This document shows positions 18,462-28,845 of a stretch of DNA of 64,000 nucleotides, piece after piece; positions within the stretch are counted from its first letter, which is position 1; every line of letters starts with the position of its first letter. This stretch comes from Nitrospinaceae bacterium. Lineage in GTDB: Bacteria; Nitrospinota; Nitrospinia; Nitrospinales; Nitrospinaceae. The notes beneath the pieces were generated by a model that worked only from the letters and a program-made list of their open reading frames with translations, was not told where the DNA came from and searched no databases. A program made the position numbers and the translations under genes. The DNA is taken from assembly GCA_965237905.1 (NCBI GenBank), contig OZ250172.1, forward strand, positions 2,461,805-2,525,804, written 5' to 3'.

Positions 18462-20501
18462 ATGACCCATTATATAGAATATTTCTTTACGAAACTCATT
18501 CTGTCATCCAGTTTTATGGATACTGCATTCAGGAATGAATTGCCATCCGGTTCTCCGTGGCTTTTAGCAGGGATTACATTGATTTTCATAATCGCTTTCC
18601 TATGGGCGCTTTGGCCAAAAATTCGGGTCATGACCCGGGCTGCCAAAGAAAACCGCGTTGATCACCCCATCCGGAGGTTATGGAACACATTTGTAGTTGC
18701 CTTGGCTCAATCCAAAATGTTCAAGGACCGTCCGGCGGGATGGATGCACGCTCTTATTTTCTGGGGATTTTTAATTCTTTTGTTCCGTGCGGGTTGGTTT
18801 TTCCTGAGAGGGTTTATAACCGAGCCTTTTGAGACAGGGGATTTTTATAAAGCCTACCTTTTTGTAAAAGACGATATCATTCTGCTGGTTACTCTTGCAG
18901 TCGTCTACGCCCTGATTCGCAGATTGATATGGAAACCGAAACGCCTGACGCTTTCCTGTGAAGGGATTTTCATCCTTTTTTTGATTCTGGCGATTATGTT
19001 GTCAGACGTGTTGTATGAAGGAGCGGAAATTGCCCGCGAGGCCGGTTGGTCGGATAATCCGAATTTTTTTAGGCCACTGGGAGCCGCTTTGGCAGCGTTG
19101 GCATTGGAGGGTATGAGCCATACAAGCCTGCTTGTTCTGTGGACGACAGCCTATTGGACGCACATTCTCAGTATTCTAGTATTTCTGGTTATGCTTCCCC
19201 GGTCGAAACATTTCCATATTCTTACGTCCGTTCCCAACGTGTTTTTGGGCAACGTCACCCAAACCGGTAACCAGCTGAGCCGCATCGATTTCGAGGACGA
19301 AACCCAAGAGACCTTCGGCGTCACGTGCATTGAGGAGTTTTCCTGGAAAAAACTGCTCGACCTCCACACTTGCACCGAATGCGGACGCTGCGACGTGTTC
19401 TGCCCGGCGCTCAATTCGGACAAGCCGCTGTCGCCAAAACAGTTCACCATCGACCTGCGCGATCATCTCAATGCTCAGACCTCGGCACTGCTTAATAAAG
19501 GAACCCATGAATCTCCGGCTATCATGGGAAATGCGATTCAGGATGCCACGGTGTGGGCCTGCACCACCTGCGGTGCCTGCGAAGAGGAATGCCCGGTGAT
19601 GATCGAATACGTCAACAAGATGATCGATTTGCGCCGGGGCCTGGTGCTGACGGAAGACCGCTACCCGAAGGAATTGGGCGAAGCCTTCAAATCGTTGGAG
19701 ACCCACAGCAACCCGTGGGGTTTCCCGGGCACCCAGCGCGAGGCCTGGGCGCAGGGGCTCGAAGTGAAGCAGTGGGACAAGAATAATCCGACCGAGTACC
19801 TGTACTTCGTAGGGTGCAACGGGTCGTTTGACAATCGCGGCAAAAAGGTTTCGGAGTCGGTGGTGCGGGCTTTACAAAAAGCGGGGGTCGATTTTTCCAT
19901 CCTCGGCAACCGGGAAGGCTGTACCGGCGATCCGGCCCGCCGCCTCGGCAACGAGTACCTGTTCGACATGCTGGCGTCGAAGAACGCCGAGACGTTCAAG
20001 GAACAGGGGGTGATCAAAGTGATCGTCCATTGCCCGCACTGTTTCAACTCGTTCAAACACGAATACCCCGAGTTTGGGGTGAAGCTGGAAGTCATTCACC
20101 ACTCGGAGTTGTTGGCGCGTCTTATAAAGGAAAATAAACTTACCACTGGAAGCGCGACGAACGAAACCGTTGTCGTCCACGATTCCTGTTATATGGGACG
20201 CCATAACAAAGTGTACGAGGCCCCGCGCGACATTTTGAAAGCCGTCACTTCCCCGGACTCTGTGAAGGAAGTCGAAACCTCGCGCGAGCGCGGCACCTGT
20301 TGCGGTGCAGGAGGTGGGGGATTCCTGATGGAAGAGACCGGCACGCGCATCAGCCACAACCGCATCGACGAACTCATGCAGGCGAATCCCGATACCATCG
20401 CCGTTTCCTGTCCCTACTGCGTACTCATGTTGGAAGATGCCCTCAAGGCCAAAAACCTCGCCGATAAAGTAAAGGTTAAAGACATCTCGGAAATGATTTG
20501 A
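18462..20501 (+). CDS. Membrane-bound (Fe-S)-binding oxidoreductase: NarI/DsrM-like cytochrome b membrane domain fused to an HdrD/DsrK/GlpC-like domain (2x CxxCxxCxxxCP ferredoxin motifs plus two CCG cysteine-rich domains); probable start MDTAFRNEL at 18519
   Basis: About 5 N-terminal TM helices with conserved His. CTECGRCDVFCP and CTTCGACEEECP are 4Fe-4S motifs. The C-terminal cysteine clusters (C..C..CC...C) look like CCG domains. Confidence 0.7.
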   Translation: MTHYIEYFFTKLILSSSFMDTAFRNELPSGSPWLLAGITLIFIIAFLWALWPKIRVMTRAAKENRVDHPIRRLWNTFVVALAQSKMFKDRPAGWMHALIFWGFLILLFRAGWFFLRGFITEPFETGDFYKAYLFVKDDIILLVTLAVVYALIRRLIWKPKRLTLSCEGIFILFLILAIMLSDVLYEGAEIAREAGWSDNPNFFRPLGAALAALALEGMSHTSLLVLWTTAYWTHILSILVFLVMLPRSKHFHILTSVPNVFLGNVTQTGNQLSRIDFEDETQETFGVTCIEEFSWKKLLDLHTCTECGRCDVFCPALNSDKPLSPKQFTIDLRDHLNAQTSALLNKGTHESPAIMGNAIQDATVWACTTCGACEEECPVMIEYVNKMIDLRRGLVLTEDRYPKELGEAFKSLETHSNPWGFPGTQREAWAQGLEVKQWDKNNPTEYLYFVGCNGSFDNRGKKVSESVVRALQKAGVDFSILGNREGCTGDPARRLGNEYLFDMLASKNAETFKEQGVIKVIVHCPHCFNSFKHEYPEFGVKLEVIHHSELLARLIKENKLTTGSATNETVVVHDSCYMGRHNKVYEAPRDILKAVTSPDSVKEVETSRERGTCCGAGGGGFLMEETGTRISHNRIDELMQANPDTIAVSCPYCVLMLEDALKAKNLADKVKVKDISEMI

Positions 20502-20619
20502 GTATTAGGCCTTCCTCAATTTTTTGAAAAAACCTGGATAATAATTTTGGTTCCTTCCAAAATTCTCCTTACACTAATAAGTGATAGACATCGTTTGAAA
20601 TTATCAGGTTCTGTTTTCC

Positions 20620-22251
20620 ATGGATCAAGTTCCCAAAATACCTCACAGCCGTATTCTCATCCTGCTGGTACTGATCATCGTGGTCGTTTTCGGCCAGGTG
20701 ATCGGTTTTGAATTCGTCGATTTTGACGACTCCATGTATGTCAACAACCTGTATGTGAGCCAAGGACTCACCTGGGAAGGGATTCGGTGGGCTTTTGTCC
20801 GGATCGACCAGAATTTTTTCAATCCGCTCACTTGGATTTCCCACATGGTGGATGTGGAATTATTCGGTCATAACCCGGCGGGGCATCATGGGGTCAACCT
20901 GCTCTTGCACACGGTCAACACCCTTTTGTTTTACGGGTGGCTGGTACGTGTGACGCGCTCTCCTTATAAAAGCGCTTTCGCCGCCGCATTGTTCGCGATT
21001 CATCCTCTGCGGGTGGAAACGGTAGCATGGGTGGCGGACCGCAAAGACCTGCTGGCCATGTTATTCGCTTTGTTGACACTGGAATCCTATCGCAAATATG
21101 TAAAAGGAGGCGGCAGGCGTGACTATGTAATGGCTACTCTGTTTTATGTTCTGGCTCTTCTCTCCAAGTCAGTGATGGTGGTGCTGCCCTGCGTTCTGTT
21201 ACTTGTGGATGCCTGGCCCCATAACAGGGTAATGAGTGGTAAGGGAGCATTTGTTGCGTGGGCCGGATTGATAAAAGAAAAACTTCCCTGGTTCGGAATT
21301 TCGGCATTATTCGTTTGGCTGAGTTATAAAGGCCTGGCGGCAGTGACCGTCATGACTTCCCTGGACGCGCTTCCACTGTGGACTCGCCTTGCCAATCTTC
21401 CTGTGATAATGATGAAATACCTGGGGTTTGTGTTCTGGCCTTCAGGGCTAACGGCTTTTTACCCTGCTGTTTTCCAACAGGTCCCCATGTGGCAAACGGC
21501 AAGCGCTTTACTGGTGTTGACGGGAGTTACCGTCTGGGGGATCAGGCAATGGCGTCGCTTTCCTTATTTCGTAACCGGGTGGTTATGGTTTCTGGGAGCC
21601 TTGCTCCCTCTGGCAGGGCTCGTCAAGTTGGGTCATCATGAGATGGCAGACCGTTACACTTATTTTCCTCTGATGGGTTTATGTATCCTGATTGCTTGGG
21701 GAATGGTGGACCTTTTAAAATCCCGAGAGCGCCTGGCAAAATTTGCTCCGGCCGTCGTTGTGGGACTTTTAGTCGTCCTTATGTCAGCGGCCTGGATTCA
21801 GACCCGCGTTTGGAAAAACAGTGTCGCCTTGTTCCAGCACGCGGTGGACCACACAGATCGTAACTCCCTGGCGTACAACAACCTCGGCTTCGCTCTCATG
21901 CAACGGGGGAAGATGGAAGAAAGCATCATCCATTTCAAAAAAGCGCTGGAGATCAGTCCGCATCATGTTTTCGCCCATCTCAACCTTGCTAAAGTGTACA
22001 GAAACCTGGATCAGCCGCAGGAGGCCATCTTCGCCTACAATCAAATTTTGCAGGTACAGCCCAACCATGTGGTGGTTCACTTTGAACTAGGCAAGCTGTA
22101 TCATAAAGTGGGAAAGGGTTCTCATGCCATTCACCATACCCGCATCGCGCACGTATTGCTGATCCGGAACTATGGCCTGGAATTCGACAAAACCCGTGAG
22201 GCCGAAAAAAATCTCAAACATTATTACAAAGTCTATAACCTGAAGCCGTAA
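20620..22251 (+). CDS. TMTC/PMT-like polytopic membrane protein with C-terminal TPR repeats (DUF1736-like), paralog 1
   Basis: N-terminal multi-TM region with FDDS/ and HPLRVETVAWV motifs typical of bacterial O-mannosyltransferase-like TPR proteins, followed by a C-terminal TPR block. Confidence 0.65.
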   Translation: MDQVPKIPHSRILILLVLIIVVVFGQVIGFEFVDFDDSMYVNNLYVSQGLTWEGIRWAFVRIDQNFFNPLTWISHMVDVELFGHNPAGHHGVNLLLHTVNTLLFYGWLVRVTRSPYKSAFAAALFAIHPLRVETVAWVADRKDLLAMLFALLTLESYRKYVKGGGRRDYVMATLFYVLALLSKSVMVVLPCVLLLVDAWPHNRVMSGKGAFVAWAGLIKEKLPWFGISALFVWLSYKGLAAVTVMTSLDALPLWTRLANLPVIMMKYLGFVFWPSGLTAFYPAVFQQVPMWQTASALLVLTGVTVWGIRQWRRFPYFVTGWLWFLGALLPLAGLVKLGHHEMADRYTYFPLMGLCILIAWGMVDLLKSRERLAKFAPAVVVGLLVVLMSAAWIQTRVWKNSVALFQHAVDHTDRNSLAYNNLGFALMQRGKMEESIIHFKKALEISPHHVFAHLNLAKVYRNLDQPQEAIFAYNQILQVQPNHVVVHFELGKLYHKVGKGSHAIHHTRIAHVLLIRNYGLEFDKTREAEKNLKHYYKVYNLKP

Positions 22252-22265
22252 TTCACTGCTCATTT

Positions 22266-23918
22266 ATGAATAAACTCTTAGACTTTTCGATTTTCAAGAT
22301 TTCCCTTCTCCTGGTGCTTGCCAATGTATTGGTCTATGGCCAGGTGATCGGTTTTGAATTCGTCAACTTTAAGGATACGTTCTATGTCGAGAACGTCCAC
22401 GCCAAAAACGGCCTGACCTGGGAAGGTGTCGTCTGGGCGTTTTCCCTCAAGTATAATCTCTTCCAGTTTTTGAACTGGATGTCCCACATGCTCGATGTCG
22501 AACTGTTTGGCCACAACCCTGCGGGACATCACGCCGTTAGCCTGCTCCTGCATGCAGTCAACACGGTGATTTTTTTCCTGTTCATGAACAACCTGACCGG
22601 GTCCCGCAACAAAAGTGCGGTCGCCGCGATTTTGTTTGCCATTCATCCTTTGCGTGTGGAGACGGTGGTGTGGGTGGCCGATCGCAACGACCTCTTGGCC
22701 ATGTTGTTCGCTTTGTTGTCTTTGGAGACGTATCGCCGGTTTGCACGCAACCCCAACATCCTGCGCTATGCGGTGATGACCTTGTTCTTTACGCTGGCAC
22801 TGTTGTCCAAACCGGTGATGGTGGTTCTGCCGTTTGTGTTTTTGCTGATCGATTGCTGGCCCTTGAACCGATTGCAAAGCGAGCCGGGCTCCACGGGCAT
22901 CAATTGGCGCGCCCTCAGTAAATTGGTGATTGAAAAAATTCCCCTCTTCCTGATGATCGGCTTCTCTCTTTTCATGATTGTCAAAGGATCCGAACTGCGC
23001 CAGATGGGGGATAACACGCCAGCCGTTCCCTGGTTGGTTCGGCTGGCGACGATGCCTGTGCTCTACATGAAATATCTGTTTCATATACTCTGGCCGGCCC
23101 AGCTTTCCGTTTTTTATCCCGCAAGCCGGGAGATGCCGCCGCTCTGGCAATGGGGCGGGTCCCTGTTGATTCTGCTCGGGCTCACATACGGCGCACTGGC
23201 CCAGTGGAAACGGTACCCCTACCTTGCGGTGGGCTGGTTGTGGTTCGCGGGATCACTTCTGCCGATGACCGGCCTGTTGATGCTCGGCGATCACGATATA
23301 GCCGACCGCTACACTTACTTCCCGCTTATCGGGATTTTTATCCTGGGAGTCTGGGGTCTGGCGCAATGGAAGGTGATGCAGGAGCAGGAAGGGCGTGTGG
23401 CTGTTGTGGCCGGAAGCGTTTTTGTGGTTGTGCTGATGATGATTTCGTTTGTGCAGACGTCGGCCTGGAAAAATAATTTCACCCTGTATCAGCACGCCTT
23501 GGCGGTGGACGACACCAACCACATCGCGCACAACAACCTGGGCGTCGCGTGGATGGACCAGTCTCAGCCGGAAAAGGCCGTGTCGCATTTGAGAAAAGCC
23601 GTCGAGCATTGTCCTCACTGTATTGAATCCTGGATCAATCTTGGCGAATCCTACCAGGCCATGCGGCAGTGGCAGCCTGCCGTTGACGCGTTCCAGGGAG
23701 CCCTGCAGGTGAACAGCGACAACGTGACCGCCCACGAAGTGTTGGGGACGCTCTACCATTCCAGGGGGGACGGCTGGCTCGCCATCCACCACAGCCGCCA
23801 GGCGGAGGCGACTTACTCGCAACGGTTCGGTCCCGATTACGCCAAAGCGGTCGCCCTCCGGCAGAATCTTGAAGTCTACTACCAGCAATACTTCCTCCGC
23901 CCCGAAGATTTTGATTAG
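22266..23918 (+). CDS. TMTC/PMT-like membrane protein with C-terminal TPR repeats, paralog 2
   Basis: About 45-50% identical to the upstream paralog over the full length. There is a 14-bp gap between the two genes. Confidence 0.65.
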   Translation: MNKLLDFSIFKISLLLVLANVLVYGQVIGFEFVNFKDTFYVENVHAKNGLTWEGVVWAFSLKYNLFQFLNWMSHMLDVELFGHNPAGHHAVSLLLHAVNTVIFFLFMNNLTGSRNKSAVAAILFAIHPLRVETVVWVADRNDLLAMLFALLSLETYRRFARNPNILRYAVMTLFFTLALLSKPVMVVLPFVFLLIDCWPLNRLQSEPGSTGINWRALSKLVIEKIPLFLMIGFSLFMIVKGSELRQMGDNTPAVPWLVRLATMPVLYMKYLFHILWPAQLSVFYPASREMPPLWQWGGSLLILLGLTYGALAQWKRYPYLAVGWLWFAGSLLPMTGLLMLGDHDIADRYTYFPLIGIFILGVWGLAQWKVMQEQEGRVAVVAGSVFVVVLMMISFVQTSAWKNNFTLYQHALAVDDTNHIAHNNLGVAWMDQSQPEKAVSHLRKAVEHCPHCIESWINLGESYQAMRQWQPAVDAFQGALQVNSDNVTAHEVLGTLYHSRGDGWLAIHHSRQAEATYSQRFGPDYAKAVALRQNLEVYYQQYFLRPEDFD

Positions 23919-24040
23919 ACGTTCCCCTCCTTTTTAAGGAGGGGCCGGGGGTGGTTTTCCTTCATCTGTTTCCTTATTTGCCCCAAGTTTTGCACCCGCC
24001 GATCTGCTACAATACGACTCGTTTTCGATCATAATATAAA

Positions 24041-25735
<1,695 letters not shown>

Positions 25736-25895
25736 GGTTAAATGGAGTGCCTTATTAATCACCAAACCTTCAATATAAATCATGCGTATCCCAAATTTCT
25801 TTTTGGGATAGATGTAGCCTATTAGGGATGTGTTTACGGACAAAACACGGATAATTTTGCGGATCAAAGGTGGGCACTCATAAATCGGCTTGGTT

Positions 25896-26855
25896 CTACA
25901 GTTTGTCTGTATACTCCTTTAATTTAGTCATGATTTCATCAAATCCAGGCTGGGTTTTATAGTAAAGAGCATTTGTATTTTGGAAGGCCTCCTCGTATTG
26001 TTTACGGGTGGTTGGGTCGTTTAAGAAAAAAGCTTCATTTTCTGCAATAAGAGGGTTATCGCTGGAACGGAAACGTTTCTTCTTATGAGCCTGATACTCG
26101 GCCGTTCCAATGAAATTCTGGACCTCTGGCTCATGAAGCAAGCAGTAAACATCATAGTAGTGACGCATGAAATTATCCGGAAATGATTCGTTTTCCTGCT
26201 GGGTACGGTATTTGGTGGAAATGGTTTGTAGCTTTTCCACTAGTGTATAGCCTGGATGATAGCAGGGGACTTCTTTAGCGCGGTTATCCACTACCTCCAC
26301 CTTGTCCGCTGCATAATCATAGGCCCATGAACTGATGTCTTTGGATATATTCGGTGCTATATCATCAAACCCTACTTCCAGCAAGATGCCATCCTTTAAG
26401 CCGGTCAAAGGGCCTGCCATGTTTTTGTAGTTCAAGCGGATTCCACCACTACGATATTTTTCATCGTCGTATTCTTTATCGCGCCAGACTTTTTCGATTC
26501 CGTCGATGGTAATGGTGTTCGCCAACCAGTCATAAAAATCTTCCCGACTTTTACAATGTGCAGTCTTATTCTGGTTACGACCAATCTTTACATTCATGCT
26601 TACAGGTGGTTGAATATGGATATCAATATCCTCTGAAAAGCGGTTGATGATTCCATATCCCTTGGAAAGGGAGGTGCCACCTTTAAGCTCAAAGGTTAGG
26701 CTCATCTGTTGTAATTCGTACAGGCAATGCATGATCCAGTAATCTTTCTCTATAAGAGCTGGATCAATGGAGTGTTCCTCACCGACAATGCGGATCAGAT
26801 CGGGGAAGTTTGTATGATTATGAAGGTAGTTATGCAGCATACTGCAATTTAGCAT
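25896..26855 (-). CDS. AbiEii/AbiGii-family nucleotidyltransferase toxin (DUF1814), type IV TA / abortive infection
   Basis: KGGTSLSKGYGIINRFSEDIDI is the AbiEii nucleotidyltransferase motif. It overlaps the upstream AbiEi gene by about 10-25 nt. Confidence 0.75.
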   Translation of the reverse strand: MLNCSMLHNYLHNHTNFPDLIRIVGEEHSIDPALIEKDYWIMHCLYELQQMSLTFELKGGTSLSKGYGIINRFSEDIDIHIQPPVSMNVKIGRNQNKTAHCKSREDFYDWLANTITIDGIEKVWRDKEYDDEKYRSGGIRLNYKNMAGPLTGLKDGILLEVGFDDIAPNISKDISSWAYDYAADKVEVVDNRAKEVPCYHPGYTLVEKLQTISTKYRTQQENESFPDNFMRHYYDVYCLLHEPEVQNFIGTAEYQAHKKKRFRSSDNPLIAENEAFFLNDPTTRKQYEEAFQNTNALYYKTQPGFDEIMTKLKEYTDKL

Positions 26856-27426
26856 CCCCCAGCGCTTCGGCAAAGAATTTCCTTGCTCGTACCCCACCAT
26901 ACTGACGTACTGCCCTTAAGAGTGCTTGTCTGTTAGCGGATGTAGCCTTTTCCTTTACTCGCTCCATCACCTTAGCCTGATTTTCTGCTAACTGTTCCAG
27001 ATTATTCACGAGATCAACTAAAAGGAATTCATGGCTGAGCGATTTCGGGAAATGAGGTTTTACTCGGAAGTCAAATACGCGCCCGCCTAGCTTAAAGCGT
27101 CCATGCCGTTTGTTATTATAAACAACGGTTTCATTGTAAAGTTGCGTTGTCCCGACACTCAGCGTGTTATAGGCATTGGCTGAGGTCAGAAGAAACCGGT
27201 TGTCTTTCAAAAAAGCCTCGACTAGTTTTTCATCTTCTGCCGGGGCCTCACCAAAGGCGGTTTTCTTCGGGCAGTAATAGAGCCCGCCGGAAAGCTTAGT
27301 CAGCGTTCCATCTTCTTGCAACTGCCGTAAATGACGGTCCACGGCATTCGACCAATCCGAAAGTTCGGCTCGCCGGTACACCCGTCCGGGGCGTAGATGT
27401 TTTTTAACTTCGTTCAATTTTGACAT
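26830..27426 (-). CDS. AbiEi-family antitoxin / transcriptional regulator
   Basis: 198 aa. It lies immediately upstream of the AbiEii gene and overlaps it, and the N-terminal region is AbiEi_4-like. Confidence 0.6.
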   Translation of the reverse strand: MSKLNEVKKHLRPGRVYRRAELSDWSNAVDRHLRQLQEDGTLTKLSGGLYYCPKKTAFGEAPAEDEKLVEAFLKDNRFLLTSANAYNTLSVGTTQLYNETVVYNNKRHGRFKLGGRVFDFRVKPHFPKSLSHEFLLVDLVNNLEQLAENQAKVMERVKEKATSANRQALLRAVRQYGGVRARKFFAEALGDAKLQYAA

Positions 27427-27669
27427 GGCTGTTTACCTCGCTTTCTAATATAGCCAAAAACTAGAGAAATAGCAAGTATTTTTATTTAAAAATCATGCAA
27501 ATTATTCAAAAGATACAAATATTTCAATAAATTAGAGATATTTAATTAGTTATAAATATTCCCTTTGAAAAGTAACCTAGCTTTAATATTAGAATTTGGG
27601 ACAAAAACCATGGATGTTTAAGAAGGTATTTATGTGCAGGAAATTGTATTTGTAAGGCAAGAAGAGGGT

Positions 27670-27781
27670 GGGGTTGACAGCCGGATGGGCTACTTCATCG
27701 CCGACCAAAAGGACAGCAAGCCCGGCTCCCCCATCTTCAACTGCACCACCCCTCTCTGCGACATCTGGGCCAAGGTTCAAA
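27670..27781 (+). pseudogene. Displaced 3'-terminal fragment of glnS (last ~35 codons, about 80% nucleotide identity to 25624-25735)
   Basis: Direct alignment within this window. Confidence 0.8.
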
Positions 27782-27862
27782 AGGAGGGATAAGAATTTTT
27801 TTCGTAAAGAAGAAAAGAGAAGGAAGAAAAGGGGGAGATCACAATGGTCTCCCCCTAACTTT

Positions 27863-28141
27863 TTAAGAATAAGCGTATTGGGTGTGTTGTCTTAACCATT
27901 CCCAAGCTTTTTCCGGAAGCCACCCATCAAACTCGTTGGTAACACCGATAACTAAAAAGTGATCGTTATCATCCGTGGTTTTTCTGAGGTGGTCGCGAAT
28001 CTGAGTAGCATTAAGATCAGCTTTTACTAACCATGTTGAATCAAGGTAATGCCACCAGATTCCCAGTTCTTTAATGGCCTCATAAAGGTCATCATAGTTT
28101 TGACCGGGTTTGTTAAGGTCGTACGAAATTAGATAAACCAT
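27863..28141 (-). CDS. Small Cas2/VapD-fold-like protein (92 aa, tentative)
   Basis: YLISYDL...NYDDLYEAIKELG..WHYLDSTWLV resembles the N-terminus of VapD/Cas2 endoribonucleases; this is from memory. Low-GC gene. Confidence 0.35.
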   Translation of the reverse strand: MVYLISYDLNKPGQNYDDLYEAIKELGIWWHYLDSTWLVKADLNATQIRDHLRKTTDDNDHFLVIGVTNEFDGWLPEKAWEWLRQHTQYAYS

Positions 28142-28174
28142 TTTATTATGCTCCTAAGAGGGAGTTCAAGTTTT

Positions 28175-28242
28175 CCCTCTTGACAAAGGAGCCTAGCCCA
28201 GGTAAATTCCGGGTGCGAAAAAGGATCTCTTTTGTCAAGAGG
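28175..28242. promoter_or_regulatory. 12-bp inverted repeat CCTCTTGACAAA ... TTTGTCAAGAGG (about 40 bp apart) in the promoter region of the 92-aa gene
   Basis: Perfect inverted repeat seen in the sequence. Candidate operator. Confidence 0.4.
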
Positions 28243-28450
28243 TTCCAAGTATTTGAAGGATCATGCCTTGCGGCGTGGTCCTTCTTTTTTGCCTAAAACA
28301 CACATCACAATATGATGGATTATCCCGGATTATGACTACCAGCCGTTGTGGTGTCAATGCTTAAATTTATTGGATCTTAAGCCTTTTAATTTCAAATATT
28401 TATGCTTGTTGGTCCGGAGGGTAAGTTGTAACATTTTGGTTTTGTGTAGT

Positions 28451-28597
28451 TTATAGGGAGTTTTTGAGGCGTTCGATAGTTCGTTGTTTCCCCAGCAGTA
28501 GCACGACATCAAATATGCCGGGGGAGGCGGTTTTGCCGGTGAGGGCGACGCGGACGGGCTGGGCGAGTTTGCCGAGCTTCAATCCGGCTTCCTCGCC
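28451..28597 (-). pseudogene. Displaced 3'-terminal fragment of gltX (about 90% identical to 28880-29010; encodes ...[16 protein letters not shown])
   Basis: Direct alignment with the intact gltX 3' end, which encodes ...LLLGKQKTVERLGSAVHIIGTSKK*. Confidence 0.75.
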
Positions 28598-28648
28598 TCT
28601 CCTTGGTAATGGGAGGGAAATTTAGCTCCGGCGCTACGCCGGTCCAGC
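28586..28648 (+). repeat. Composite three-hairpin element (CCTCTCC..GGGAGGG; CCGGCG-cta-CGCCGG; GTCCAGCGTCACGCTGG), left copy
   Basis: The same arrangement in the same orientation occurs at 30345-30409 on the other side of gltX. Confidence 0.75.
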
Positions 28649-28845
28649 GTCACGCTGGTCGGTGGCTCACTGTTCTTCCGGTTTGGGTGGGTCTCTTCTT
28701 TCTTCGGCTTTCGGTTTTTTCTGGTCGCCAATAACGGTTTTGAGCGGACAGGCCTTGAATATCGGACACTTTTCACAGCCGACGGCCAAAGCAACAGGAC
28801 ACAGGGTCATGGGTCTCACCTCCTCTTCTTGATAGGGGTAGGGGC

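Larger units (their letters stand above)
25736..27669. mobile_element. Low-GC genomic islet inserted at the 3' end of glnS, carrying an AbiEi/AbiEii toxin-antitoxin pair; it ends at a displaced, diverged copy of the glnS 3' end
   Basis: GC drops to about 40%. It carries AbiE genes and an AT-rich tract at 27427-27660. The 27670-27781 segment is about 80% identical to 25624-25735 and encodes [35 protein letters not shown] versus [35 protein letters not shown] in the intact gene. Confidence 0.65.

Noticed and set aside
23960-24030. TTGCAC...TACAAT sigma-70-like promoter upstream of glnS
   Set aside because: The spacer between the hexamers is about 12 nt, which is too short for a functional sigma-70 promoter as written.
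28579-28794. 71-aa Arg/Lys/Pro-rich ORF (MLWPSAVKSVRYSRPVRSKP...)
   Set aside because: It has low complexity and lies in the repeat-derived insert. I first misread it as encoding the Cys-motif peptide, which is actually in a different frame without a start codon; this is reported separately as a low-interest relic.
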